Assembly (NCBI RefSeq): GCF_963921235.1
Contig: NC_086107.1
Location: 104,720,001-104,784,000 of the forward strand
Length of the DNA stretch: 64,000 nt
Source: Mobula hypostoma
Taxonomy: Eukaryota
Reading direction: 5' to 3'
A model generated the notes under the pieces. The model saw only the letters and a list, made by a program, of their open reading frames with translations. It did no database searches and had not been told where the DNA came from. A program made the translations under genes and the position numbers. This document shows, one piece after another, positions 37,538 through 49,211 of the stretch (the stretch's first letter is position 1; every line of letters starts with the position of its first letter).

Positions 37538-37972
37538 TGATGCCTGGGCAGGTCTAGTCCAGTGGTATTAATACCCCTGTCGTCCATCCTCCTTGATAGG
37601 TTAGTCCTCATTCAATCAGGTTTCTACTGTCCCACCTTGTTTACAATCAAATTCTGGTTCTTATTTAGAGCAAGTCCTTTGCCTTTGTTAAAATTCTTTT
37701 CGTCTAGTTTTATTTCAATGGCTTCCTTCACCAAACAGTCCCAAAAGCCATTGATGTAGTTTTGTGCCATCAAAGTCAATCTTTTGGCCATAGCGAATGC
37801 AATGCTCTGCTGCCACCAATTTCTCTGGGAAACCCAAGTGGATACACCACCTGTGCTCCTTGATATGGGTTTCCACAGTGCATCCCGTCTGGCTGATGTA
37901 CACTGCTCTGTGTTCACAGTGAATCCTGTAAATGCCAGTCGTCCTGACTCCCAGGTCATCTTTGGCCTGCAT

Positions 37973-38969
37973 CATCATCATCATCATCATCATCATCAGG
38001 TGCTGTGCCCAGATTGAGCTTTCACTGCCGTGGCCCACACACTCTTGTTTTGGGTCAAGTGGATCAATTCATTTCCAGTTCTCCAGCTGCTGTCTCCATC
38101 ATCATTTGTCTTTGCCTTCCTTTTGCTTTCTTCCCTTCAATCTTTCCCATAATTACCGTGCATTCTAACTCCTCTTTCCTAATCATATGTCCAATGAAGT
38201 TACGTTGCCTTTTCATGATCTCATACATTATTTTTCTTTTTGTGCTTGCTCTGTTCATGATATCCTCGTTAGATATTCGTTCCATCCATGATATTCTTTG
38301 CATCCTCCTCAAAAACCACAGCTCTGCTGCTTCAATTAGTTTCCTCATGTTACTAGATATTGTCCAACATTCTGATCCATATAACATAACTGGATAAACA
38401 TAACATTTCAATGTTCTGAGGTGGATTGACATGCCTAGTTTAGTATTGGTCAGTATACTCTTCATTCTCGTAAAGGTGTCTTTTGCCATCCCTATTCTTC
38501 TTTTGATGTCCATGTCACATCTGCCATCTGATGTCACCCAGCTTCCTAAGTAGCAAAAGTTCTGTACTTATGTCTTCCCCATTTATTCTCAGCCTGCAGA
38601 TGAGATTCTCCTTTTTGGATATCACCATACATTCTGTCTTTTTGCAATTGATAGATAGACCCATTTTTGCACTTTCTTCAACAACTATATCAATTATGTT
38701 TTGTAGTTCTTCCTCCGTACTTGCAATTAACAAAGTGTCATCTGCATATCGGAAATTATTGATGTTTTCACCGTCAACTTTGATTCCCAAGATGTCTCTT
38801 ATTTTTGTAATATTGTTTCACTGTACACATTAAACAAATCAAGGGAGAAAACACACCCTTCTCTAACGCCTCTCTTGATTTTCGTAAACTGACTCACTTC
38901 TCCATCCATTCTTACAGCGGCAGTTTGTTCCCAGAACAGATTTCTGATTAGGCAGAGGTCTTTTGAATG
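37973..38969 (-). mobile_element. 5'-truncated RTE-clade LINE
   Basis: INNFRYADDTLLIA, GLSINCKKTECM and YVYPVMLYGSECW; (GAT)n tail. 13-bp TSD CTTTGGCCTGCAT (37960-37972, 38970-38982). Confidence 0.92.
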
Positions 38970-39266
38970 CTTTGGCCTGCATAAGATGTAATTTGAGCTT
39001 TCTTATGGGTTTGTGGATAGTATTAATCTGATATTTCTTCAGGATCCTGGAGATCCTTCCGAAAACCTTGGAAATGTAGGGAAGACAGGCAGTAGTGACA
39101 GGTTCCTCCTCATTGTTAGGTTTCCTAGATTTTCCATCGGCACTTATTAGTGCTTCTGAATGAACAAGATGGGAATTTTATTTTTAGAACTAATTTTAAT
39201 TTGAAAATCAAAAGCAACAAAACTAGTTTTTGGTTTTATATCCTGCTTAGTGACTCTGTGACTGTA

Positions 39267-39370
39267 TCGGTATAAAGAATAAAAACATTTATGTTTTAAA
39301 AAATTGACAAAAATGTTAATGTATTTTTGTCAATTTTTTAAAACATAAATGTTTTTATTCTTTATACCGA
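39267..39370. repeat. Perfect AT-rich inverted repeat (48-bp arms, 8-nt spacer)
   Basis: 39267-39314 is the exact reverse complement of 39323-39370. Confidence 0.95.
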
Positions 39371-40000
39371 AATGAATAAGCTCTCCCTTTCCCATATTAT
39401 GTACATCTAGCACGTCAAATACTTCTGAAGTGTGGTCACTGATGTAAACATGTAATATATGAAGTATACATGTCAGGATCTCTCAAGCCAGAATAAGTTG
39501 GTAACTAGATTATCTGTTTTACATACGTTGGAACAGGTCAACAGCATCTTTGGAGAGAGAAAGTGAATTTATGTTTCATGATGATCTTTCATCGGTCCTT
39601 GTAAGAATCTTCTGATAACATCAATTTGGAACAACAATTCTGTTTCCCTCTCAACAGATGCTATTTCTGTTTTTTTTTTGTCTGTCTTAGTGACCTTGGT
39701 GTGGTAGAGCAGCTGAAACCTCAATTTAACTTTAATCACAAAGAAAACATCATGGTGATGAACTATTTTGCTAGTATTTCACTGGGAGCTTGAGCCTAAA
39801 TGGTTTGCTTGAATCCTCCATTTATTAATGTTGAATGTTATGAGTGAATGTATGCATGATTCTTAAGAGATGTGAAGCAGATAGAAATTTCCTTTGTGGT
39901 GTTCTATTTATTTTGTCCAGTTGTCAATATCTTTATGTAGAAAGAATTGGCCATCTCATTTTGGAGTGGAAATTTCACTCGTGGTTGTAAAATGACTGTT

Positions 40001-41596
40001 CAGGTGTCCTCTGCTTTTCGAATGTTCACTTTACGAAACCTCACTGTTACAAAAGGCCTACATTAGTTCCCTGTTTTCGCTAACAGAAGGTGTTTTCACT
40101 GTTACGAAGAAAGGTAGCGCGCGAAAAAAAAAATCAGCGCGCGCCCTGAGCTGCCGCTCTCCCCCGGATTCGGAATGGCATTCTCACCGGCATTGCCTAA
40201 ACACGTACCTGTGAGCAGCCGTTTGCAAGATGAGTTCGAAGTTATCAGAAAAGCCTGAAAGAGCTTGTAAGAGTGTTACACTTAGCGTAAAACTAGACAT
40301 AATTAAGCGTTTTGTTCGTGGTGAATGAAGTAAGGACAAAGTGAGTTTGGCTTGTGGAAGTTGATGGAGATGATGTTGAAGGGGTTTTGGCATCCCATGA
40401 CCAAGCACTGATAAATGAAGAGCTGATGCAATTGGAAGAGGAAAGGATAACAATCAAAACCGAATGTAGTAGCGGAAGTGAAGTTGTCCAGGAACTGAAC
40501 GTGAGGCGACTGCGTGAGATTTTCGCTGCAATGATAAAATACGACTTTAATTTTGAAAGGGTACATCAGTTTATTGCAGGATGGTTTGAGTGCTTACAAA
40601 GAACTGTATGATAGAAAAATGCGCGAGGCTCAGCAGTCAAGCAAGCCTTCCACATCAGCCACAGCAGTCGACGAACCTCGACTTTCGACATCGAGGCGGG
40701 CAGACATAGAAGAAGATGACTTGCCTGCCCTGATTGATGATGAGGTGACACCCCAGTGTCCTACCACCCTAACCCCCAAGCCCCAGACAGATACCGATTC
40801 GTGGAGAATGCAGCGGTAGCTGGAACGCAGTCAGCACATCTTTAAGAAGAAAAGCCAAAATAAACAAGCTAATTAATTAGGTGCCAGCTGGCATGTAAAT
40901 GTCAGCCCAGATCAGAGGCGATTGCCGATTGCGTCGCCTCTGATCTGGGCCGACATGTACGTGCCGGGTGACACCTAATTAATTAGCCTGTTTATTTCGG
41001 CTTTTTTCCTAAAGATATGCTGGGTGCGTTCTAGCCACCGCTGTACCACTGCATGCTTTGCGGATCGGTATCGGTTCGCTGCCTGGAGGGTGGGGGCCAC
41101 TGCACCACCCAAACTCCGACTCAGTCTAACACACCATCATCAGTATGCTCGATGTCTTCACGATTCCCGTAAGTGATACTACACTGTACATACATTATTC
41201 CTCCTTTCTATTGGCTGTGTATGTTTACGCGTTATTTGGTATGATTTGGCAGCTTCATAGCTTAAAGGTTACTGGAGAGCGCTTGCGCCGTGTTTCTGCC
41301 GAGAGCGCTTGCGTGAGATTTTCACTATGGAGAACAGTGTGCAATGATTGTGGAAAAGTATTTCTACTTTATATAGGCTGTGTATTCATCATATCATTCC
41401 TGCTTTTACTATATGTTACTGTTATTTTAGGTTATATGTGTTATTTGGCATGATTTGGTAGGTTATTTTTGGGTCTGTGAACACTCACAAATTTTTCCCA
41501 TATAAATTAATGGTAATTGCTTCTTTGCTTTACGACATTCCAGCTTACGAACTGTTTCATAGGAACGCTCTACCTTCGGATGGCGGGGGAAACCTG
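40001..41596 (+). mobile_element. Internally deleted Tigger/pogo element
   Basis: Imperfect TIRs CAGGTGTCCTCTGC / GCGGGGGAAACCTG|TA. CENP-B-type HTH start (KSVTLSVKLDIIKRFVRGE) joined to the acidic C-terminus (EVDGDDVEGVLASHDQALINEELMQLEEE). Confidence 0.85.
40754..41102. mobile_element. Palindromic hAT MITE inside the Tigger element
   Basis: Same sequence as the MITE at 7532-9206, with the central spacer in the opposite orientation; long inverted arms centred near 40927. Confidence 0.82.
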
Positions 41597-41694
41597 TACA
41601 CCGATGACAGAATCGGTGCAAGTCATGCAGATAAGCTGTCTACTTCACCAAATTTGCTCTCAGTTGTCCTTATGAACTTCTGGGTTCTGATTTG

Positions 41695-41836
41695 ACAAGA
41701 CACTGCAGATGCTGGAATCTGGCGCAACATACGGGTCCTGATATAGGGTTTCAACCCAAAGTGCTGACTGTTCATTTTTTTTTACCATAGATGCTGCCTG
41801 ACATGCTTCGTATCACCATCATTTTATGTGTTGCTC
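41695..41836. mobile_element. Old short Penelope-derived insertion (inverted tail plus decayed hammerhead unit)
   Basis: CTGCAGATGCTGGAATCT on the - strand, then GTCCTGATATAGGGTTTCAACCCAAAGTGCTGACTG on the + strand. Confidence 0.6.
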
Positions 41837-44800
41837 TGGGAGCTGGTGTTTCCAATAGAGTTACCACACAGTAACTGAAATACTGAATGTATTTCAGCTG
41901 AAACAGACACCAAAACAGTAATGCAGTGTTGAATTGGAAGTCAGCCTTCAAACCAGCCAGTGTACTCTACTTGACCATCCTCTGATTTTCCTCATCTAAA
42001 TTTGTCAGTACACACATCTGTTCCTTCTTCATATGCTTGTTTAAGTCATTCCCATTGGTACTAAATTTGACTGGTGAAGAAAGTTTTCCCCCTGAACTCC
42101 CTGTTAGATTATAGAACTTGGTTACTTGTACAAGTCTAACGATGAACTTTCCCACAACTGGAAACAACAGTGTCTCTATTTCCGACATATAAGTTAATAT
42201 TTTGAGGATTTCTATAAGGTCACCCTTAAAGTTTCTCAGAAAAGTATAAAGATACAGTCTGTTCATCCCTTTCTAATTGGCATATCATTTTTGCTATCAT
42301 CCTTGTAAATCTCTGTACTCTTGAGTCCCTTTATATCCTATTTATAATACAGCAACCAATAATCAGTGTACCACACTTAATTGTGGTTCTAATCGTTCAA
42401 TGTATAATTAGCATAACTTCCATAATTCTCAATTCAGTTTTTCCATAAGACTAATTTTGTTTTAGTTTTAAACTTTTTGTTGTATTGTTTTGTGGCATGT
42501 TTTGATATTTGTACTTGAAGGTTCTTTGGGACCTACATCTCTCTTCTTTCCTCCTGATTTTGCACCTTCTTGGTCATCTTACAAAAGTGTATAACATGCC
42601 AATTATGAAATCATTTTGTAAGATTATTAATGTACCTTTAGTTTGCCGCAGGCCTCTTCTGTATTGATTAACCTTCTGAAATCTGATGCCATCTCCAAAT
42701 TAGAAATGGCTCAGTTAATCTCTAACCACAAAAACTAGGAGGAATCCAATCTGGATGTTTACCACTTTCTTATTATTTGATCATCAGCATATTGATCTAG
42801 GTATTATCAGGCACTTAAATTACCAGTGCCCATGCAGTTTGGATTTGCCGGGATCATTCTTGTACAGATCTCATTGCAGCCTTATGGACAGAGGTGAGTT
42901 AAAAGTGACTGCCCCTGATTTCAAGTAAGCAACTGAGCCCTAGTAAAAGTAATATCAATAAGAATCCAGAGAAATCCCTATAATGACTGGAGTTGTTGGA
43001 GGTCAATCACATTGGCCCCAGGATGCTTCTTAATGTGTTCCTCAATGCAACACCCTTAGCTGCTCTATCAGCCTTTCCTTTCATCATCAGTGAAATGAGG
43101 ACGATCACAGGTGATTATGAATGTGTGATTCCTGAGAAAATGAGACGCCCTCTGCTTGATTCCACTAGGACATGGACAATATCTGTGCATGTGGAGGAAA
43201 GTTTAATTTAATACTCGCACTGTACAAGTACTAGGTAATATCAACCTCCAGCTGGAGCAAATCATAACACCTTATCTTTTGCTGTCATTGCTGTTGCTCA
43301 GTTTCCCCACCACAAAAATCCTCTGTGTTACCACTGATGTGAGGCAGTTACATAAACCTGATTTTCAACAGCATATCAGAATTGATATGAGTGAGTAAAT
43401 CTCCCCAAGTATCCAGAGCCTTCGGACATCCACCAGGTACACCAGGATGTGATAATTCGCATCTTTGTGAAACAGGACACTGTCAAGGATAAATTATGGC
43501 TTGCCAGTGACATCCAATAAATAAGTTCAAATCACCATTTTTGTTCATCTGTTTCAGTCTTTAAAATGTAAAGATGTTCTTTACATCAGATTTGATTAAG
43601 TTGGTGTCCTTGTATAAGATATGCTCATACATTGACTTCTGTATTAATTTATGTCAATGCATACACGTTTAAAGGTAGGAAATACTGAAGGCACCTTATA
43701 AAGGAAAAGAATCACTGGAAAAAAAAACTGGGTTTCAGTTAGGTACAGAATGCAACATGGGTTTGATGCATATCTGTAATTCTGGCATGCAGTTTGCCTC
43801 GCTGGGAAAAAAAACACTTTATGCTTCTGCAACAATTGTGAGGTTAGTTGCCATTTTTATTAGTACTCTCCCCACCCCCCATTCACCTCCAAATCTCTCT
43901 GAATTAACCAGATTGGTTTATTGTTGTACTATGTACCAATGTACAGTGAGAAACTTTGTATCTCGCTTTTCTACACATCATTTCATCACTTCAGTGTATT
44001 GAGGTAGAACAAGGAGAAACGGTAACAATGTTAGAGAAAGACAAGTGCAGGCAGACAATAAGGTGCAAAGCCATAATGGAGCCATTTACTAGTAATCTAA
44101 ATAAGTACATTGGATATTTTACCTTTAATTCCCTAAGAATTAATATCTTCGGAATGAACTAACTTGAGTTCAGTGTGGTAAACTGGATGACACGGATCAG
44201 GATATTCCTGTTCCATGGTGATGTGGTTCTTTTTAACTACAAGAACCACAATTGGCCTGTCTAACAGTAATAAGTGCCTGGGCTGTCTGACCTACTTGTC
44301 CAACATCAAATCTTGAAGAGTACCATTGGAATGAGATGTTAAAAAGGTGTAAGACAAAAGTGCAAAGAAGCAGAAGGCTTATACCTTTTGGTTGGGTCAA
44401 ATTTTTACTTTCAATTTTCCTCCAAGTTTGACAGTTGATTTGCTGCTGAGCCCCACCTATATTTGCTTTTCAAAATAAAAGCGCCCAAAGATGTGTTAAC
44501 TGATGTGCCTGTCAGAAATTCCTTTGGGGCTGATATATTGCTCACAGCAGCTCAGGTGATATAGGAGATGCAGGGGATAAAGGGCTGAAAATGAGATTGG
44601 AAACAAATGTAAACCTTTCAAGCAACCTTTTTTAAAGTTGGACGATTTTGCTGTAGCCTTAATTGAATGTGAATTTGTCAAAATGCAAACAGTGTACCTG
44701 TGGGTAAGTTTGTTTTTTATCTGGTCGACTCTAAATTTGAAACAAGTATGACGCAATATGTTTGTGGTTCTCTGCTGTGGGAAATCACACTCACTGGTGG

Positions 44801-46602
44801 TAAAAGATATCTGTGTATGTTAGCAAATTTGTAGTTATCAGAAATTAGTATTTTGTCGTGGAGATTATGCATGAAGTTGTTTTATGTTTCTGTGCTTAGC
44901 AGAACTGTTCAGTATACTAGTAATTTATATTGTAGGCATTTTTGACATTCAATTTTTGGTCTTGCTTTTTCTTCCAGGATTGAAAGCAATCCTTTCAGAG
45001 ATCTTGTTGCATATTTGCATGTATGTTTACCTGAACAGAGGAGAGTAATTTTCATGTTCCTTGGCTTCTTTACCCAAAAACCAGCTCTTTTAATTTGATT
45101 CTGAAATAATTTCACAGTCTGATGCTGAGAAGAGAAGTGGCTCAGGAGATGCTGGTGATAGCTCCCTCCCAGTGGGGAGAAGTGCTTTGCCACTATCAGA
45201 AGCTAATTCTACCCTATGCCACAACTAGGATCAGGAAGCTGGCTGATTACCTGGGGATTTGCATTCACAATCACACATACAACTATTTTGTCATAGTGCT
45301 CCATGGACTGAGCCAATTCATTTTGTTACACTTTCTGCAGTTTAGTCCTTTATTGTACTTTCTGAAAGTTCAGTGTGATTATAATTGCTGGTTCTCGTCA
45401 GGAGCGACAAGCTGCTGCCCTCCTCTCTACTTCCGTATAGAGGAACCAATCGGTGGTTGCCTTAAACCACTTAGGACTCCAGGGCAAATTTGAAAGTTTT
45501 GTTTTTAGTATAGTCATTTTGTTGAGAGGTGTCGTGTGAAGATGGGAAGAAGGGTGTGCAAATGAAAGAATGCTATAGGAACCAGTGGAGGCTATTTAGA
45601 CCTTCAAATGCTGCATCAATCAAACTGAACTGTGCCTTACTTCCACTTACCAGCTACAGCTCTATATCCCTTGATAGCCCTACCCAATAAGAATCGATCA
45701 ATCTCACTCTTGAAACTTTAAATTGACCCCATTTAGGCATCATACTTCATCTTTTAGTGTTTTTTTTTGTGTGTTGGCATTGATTTATTTTGACCTGCTG
45801 TTGATTGAATCTGCAGGCAGCACTGGAACATTCACCTACATGCTTGTGGTTTTCAGCCAATTTGATTCCTACTTGTTCCTCCTTTTATAAACTTGAAGCA
45901 CTGATTTTTGTCTTGAAATTGGATCAGTCCTTGAGTTTATCCTTCCACTTGTATTAACTAGTTCTGTTGCTTAGTGAAATTATCAGGCAGATAGATTAAT
46001 TGCAAGATTGTCAAAAAAAAAGAAAGATGGGTGTGCCTTACATTCCAGGAAGTGTTTGTAATTGGGTTGGGCATCTCAAAACTCACAGAACTTGATTTGA
46101 TCACCTATTTTAATAATTTAATTTAAAGAAAAAGTAACTTGGTTTTTTTTGGTAGCATTGGAAAGAATATTTTAAATTATTTCTAATCAGAAAATAAGTG
46201 AAAAGGTTAAATGTTGAAAATAAGTTTTCTTCTGACAGACAGTAACTTTATCTTTATTGTGAGCACTTTACAAAATGCTTTTTGAATTAACTTAGTGTGA
46301 GACTGATTCATTCAGAGTCAAATTAACTTGTAATCAAATCTACTTAATATGAACTGCTAGTAATAGGAAATAAAGATGTACATTTCATTACAGCATTAAA
46401 CAGGTAAATGTGTCACAGCTTGCTGACTGGGCAAACCTCTGTCGACATCAGAAGACTACAAATGGTGGAAATCCAAAATTAAGAAAAATAATCTGCTAGA
46501 AGCACTCAGCAGACTAACCTGCAACTGTGGAAAGAGGAGTAGCAATTAAAATATCAGGTCCAAAATTTTTTGTCAAAACAGAAGTTGGTTTGAATATCTG
46601 TT

Positions 46603-47382
46603 TAAAAACGCAAACAACAGGAATTCTGCAGAAGCTGGAAATTCAAGCAACATGCATAAAAGTTGCTGGTGAACGCAGCAGGCCAGGCAGCATCTCTAGG
46701 AAGAGGTGCAGTCGACGTTTCAGGCCGAGACCCTTCTTCAGGACTAACTGGAGGAAGAGTGAGTAAGGGATTTGAAAGTTGGAGGGGGAGATCCAAAATG
46801 ATAGGAGAAGACAGGAGGGGGAGGGATGGAGCCAAGAGCTGGACAGGTGATAGGCAAAAGGGATACGAGAGGATCATGGGACAGGAGGTCCAGGAAGAAA
46901 GACAAGTGGGGGGGACCCAGAGGATGGGCAAGGGGTATATTCAGAGGGACAGAGGGAGAAAAAGGAGAGTGAGAGAAAGAATGTGTGTATAAAAATAAGT
47001 AACAGATGGGGTACGAGGGGGAGGTGGGGCATTAGCGCAAGTTAGAGAAGTCAATGTTCGTGCCATCAGGTTGGAGGATACCCAGACGGAATATAAAGTG
47101 TTGTTCCTCCAACCTGAATGTGGCTTCATCTTTACAGTAGAGGAGGCTGTGGATAGACATGTCAGAATGGGAATGGGATGTGGAATTAAAATGTGTGGCC
47201 ACTGGGAGATCCTGCTTTCTCTGGCAAAGCGGTCTCCCAGTCTGCGTCGGGTCTCGCCAATATATAAAAGGCCACATCGGGAGCACCGGACGCAGTATAT
47301 CACCCCAGCCGACTCACAGATGAAGTGTTGCCTCACCTGGAAGGACTGTTTGGAGCCCTGAATGGTGGTAAGGGAGGAAGTA
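46603..47382 (-). mobile_element. 5'-truncated Penelope-like element with GIY-YIG, hammerhead (46709-46750) and tail
   Basis: RQHFICESAGVIYCVRCSRCGLLYIGETRRRLGDRF; same family as 7762-9097. Confidence 0.92.
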
Positions 47383-49104
47383 GCACACCATATAAGTGGC
47401 CGGATCTGGAATTTTAGAGTGCAGCATTTAATTCCTTTGTGAATTGAAATACTATTAAGGCCATAATTTGTTAAATTGGATCCAAATTTGTTCTGATTTA
47501 ATGAAGGATGACTGTAAAAATTGTCTATGAAATCCCTTAAAGCTTAAAAAAAAATAAGATTCACTTGTAGGTTGAGTATCCAGGTCCTCCCGGATTGCAA
47601 ATGCCCAACATCTGAGCATACCAATGAGCATTTGGGAGACTTGAGAGATGGATAAAAATGGATTTACCAGCTGCTGCAGGGCCATGTTTGGCTGAGTGGA
47701 AGCAGGGCATTTACGCTTTACTTCATTGAGTAATTGAGTCTGATTATCACTCTCACTCACCCGCGCCCGCTTGCTCTCCTGTCACAGTCATTTCTGTGAT
47801 TCTCTCCCATACACTGTTTTTGTTTTTTCCCCATTTACAAACAGTTCAGATTACAAACATTTCTCCGGATCAGAATCCTGTTGTTACCTGGGGCCAGACT
47901 GCGGACAAGTTTCAAACTCAGAGTGAGCTGCAGTTTGTGTTCTGAAATATTATGAAAGAAAGCCTATTCCAATACTTATAGCATTCATCAGTCATGCTGC
48001 TTATTTATATACTAAATTGAAGTCATTTATCATTGCTGGTTCAAATAAGAATAGGAAACTGAGTAATAAATGCAGTTATACACTAGCATTTTATCTTTGT
48101 GGTTGTCGATATCCACCCTAGAGTGAATGCATTTGTGCCTCCTTCATGCTGAAATGATTGTGGGCACTCTTATTTTTAAAAAAATGGTTTATAGTTGATG
48201 TGAGCCAGAATGTATTGGGAACCTCACCAGGCCATGTGACGATTGTTGTCATTTATTGGGACAATGTCACATGGCCGTTAAGGTTGCTCTTGGTCAATAT
48301 GGTGAAGCATTGTGGAACTAAACAAGATCAGCTTGGTGCTAATGCTCTTTCATGAAAAGTGACGAATACTTTTGTCTAGCAATTGCACCTTTAACCAGAA
48401 AAAAAAATTGGGGAGAGAATTAATGTTTCAGGATCAGTGGCTTTAATCAGGAAGTTCTGATCAATAACAGACCTGAAATATCAACTCTGAAATATCCACA
48501 GGTGCCTGACATTGTGGGTAGGGATGCAGAGTGGTGATCTGCAGTGTTGGTCTTTTTCTACTGCTCAGTTTCTGTTATTGGTACACATAATGTTTTGAAA
48601 TACTGGGTGATGATAGCAATGCATAAGTCATTAGCAGACATCCCACCCTGCAAAAACTCATTTCAGAGAGGTAGCACCCCTGCCCCCAGCAAATCCATAT
48701 TCTCCCCCCGCCCCAGGTTGACCTCCAAGGGTGTATGTAATACTTTGTTTAGTGATTTTGTCTAATCTGTAAACCACGTTGGGTATATGCAGAAAATGTG
48801 ACATTAAAATATGTACTTATATTATATTATCATGTTTATTCTATTACAACTTTAAGCAAGTCTACAGGGAGTTTGGTCTCATCACGTAGGACATCAATAG
48901 CTTAGCTCCTTAGCAGCCATCTAGTTTAAATAACGTTAGATATGCTAATGAACAAATGACACCTATTAAACTCACCTCAGCATGTCTTTTACATTTTAAC
49001 CCACCATGGGCAATAGAAAAGTCACTGTTGCAAACAGAGCAGCGAGCAACACTGTCATTATTTTTGAGGTCGACTGTAAAGCTTGCCCACAGAGAAAACT
49101 GATA

Positions 49105-49207
49105 GGTCTGAATTGGATGATCAGCCATGATCATACTGAATGGCGGCGCAGGCTCGAAGGGCCGAATGGCCTACTCCTGCACCTATTTTCTCTGTTTCTA
49201 TGTCTAC
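49105..49207 (+). mobile_element. CR1 3' terminal fragment
   Basis: GGATGATCAGCCATGATCATACTGAATGGCGGCGCAGGCTCGAAGGGCCGAATGGCCTACTCCTGCACC; matches 60826-60900. Confidence 0.85.
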
Positions 49208-49211
49208 TTAG

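Larger units (their letters stand above)
37445..39150 (-). mobile_element. Second Penelope-like family (GIY-YIG), interrupted by RTE
   Basis: ACLPYISKVFGRISRILKKYQINTIHKP...AKDDLGVRTTGIYRIHCE...VYISQTG...IKEH; LVKEAIEIKL..NFNK. Confidence 0.88.

Noticed and set aside
37715..38168. Poly-Met, poly-His and poly-Ile ORFs
   Set aside because: They are translations of the (CAT)n tail of the RTE insertion.
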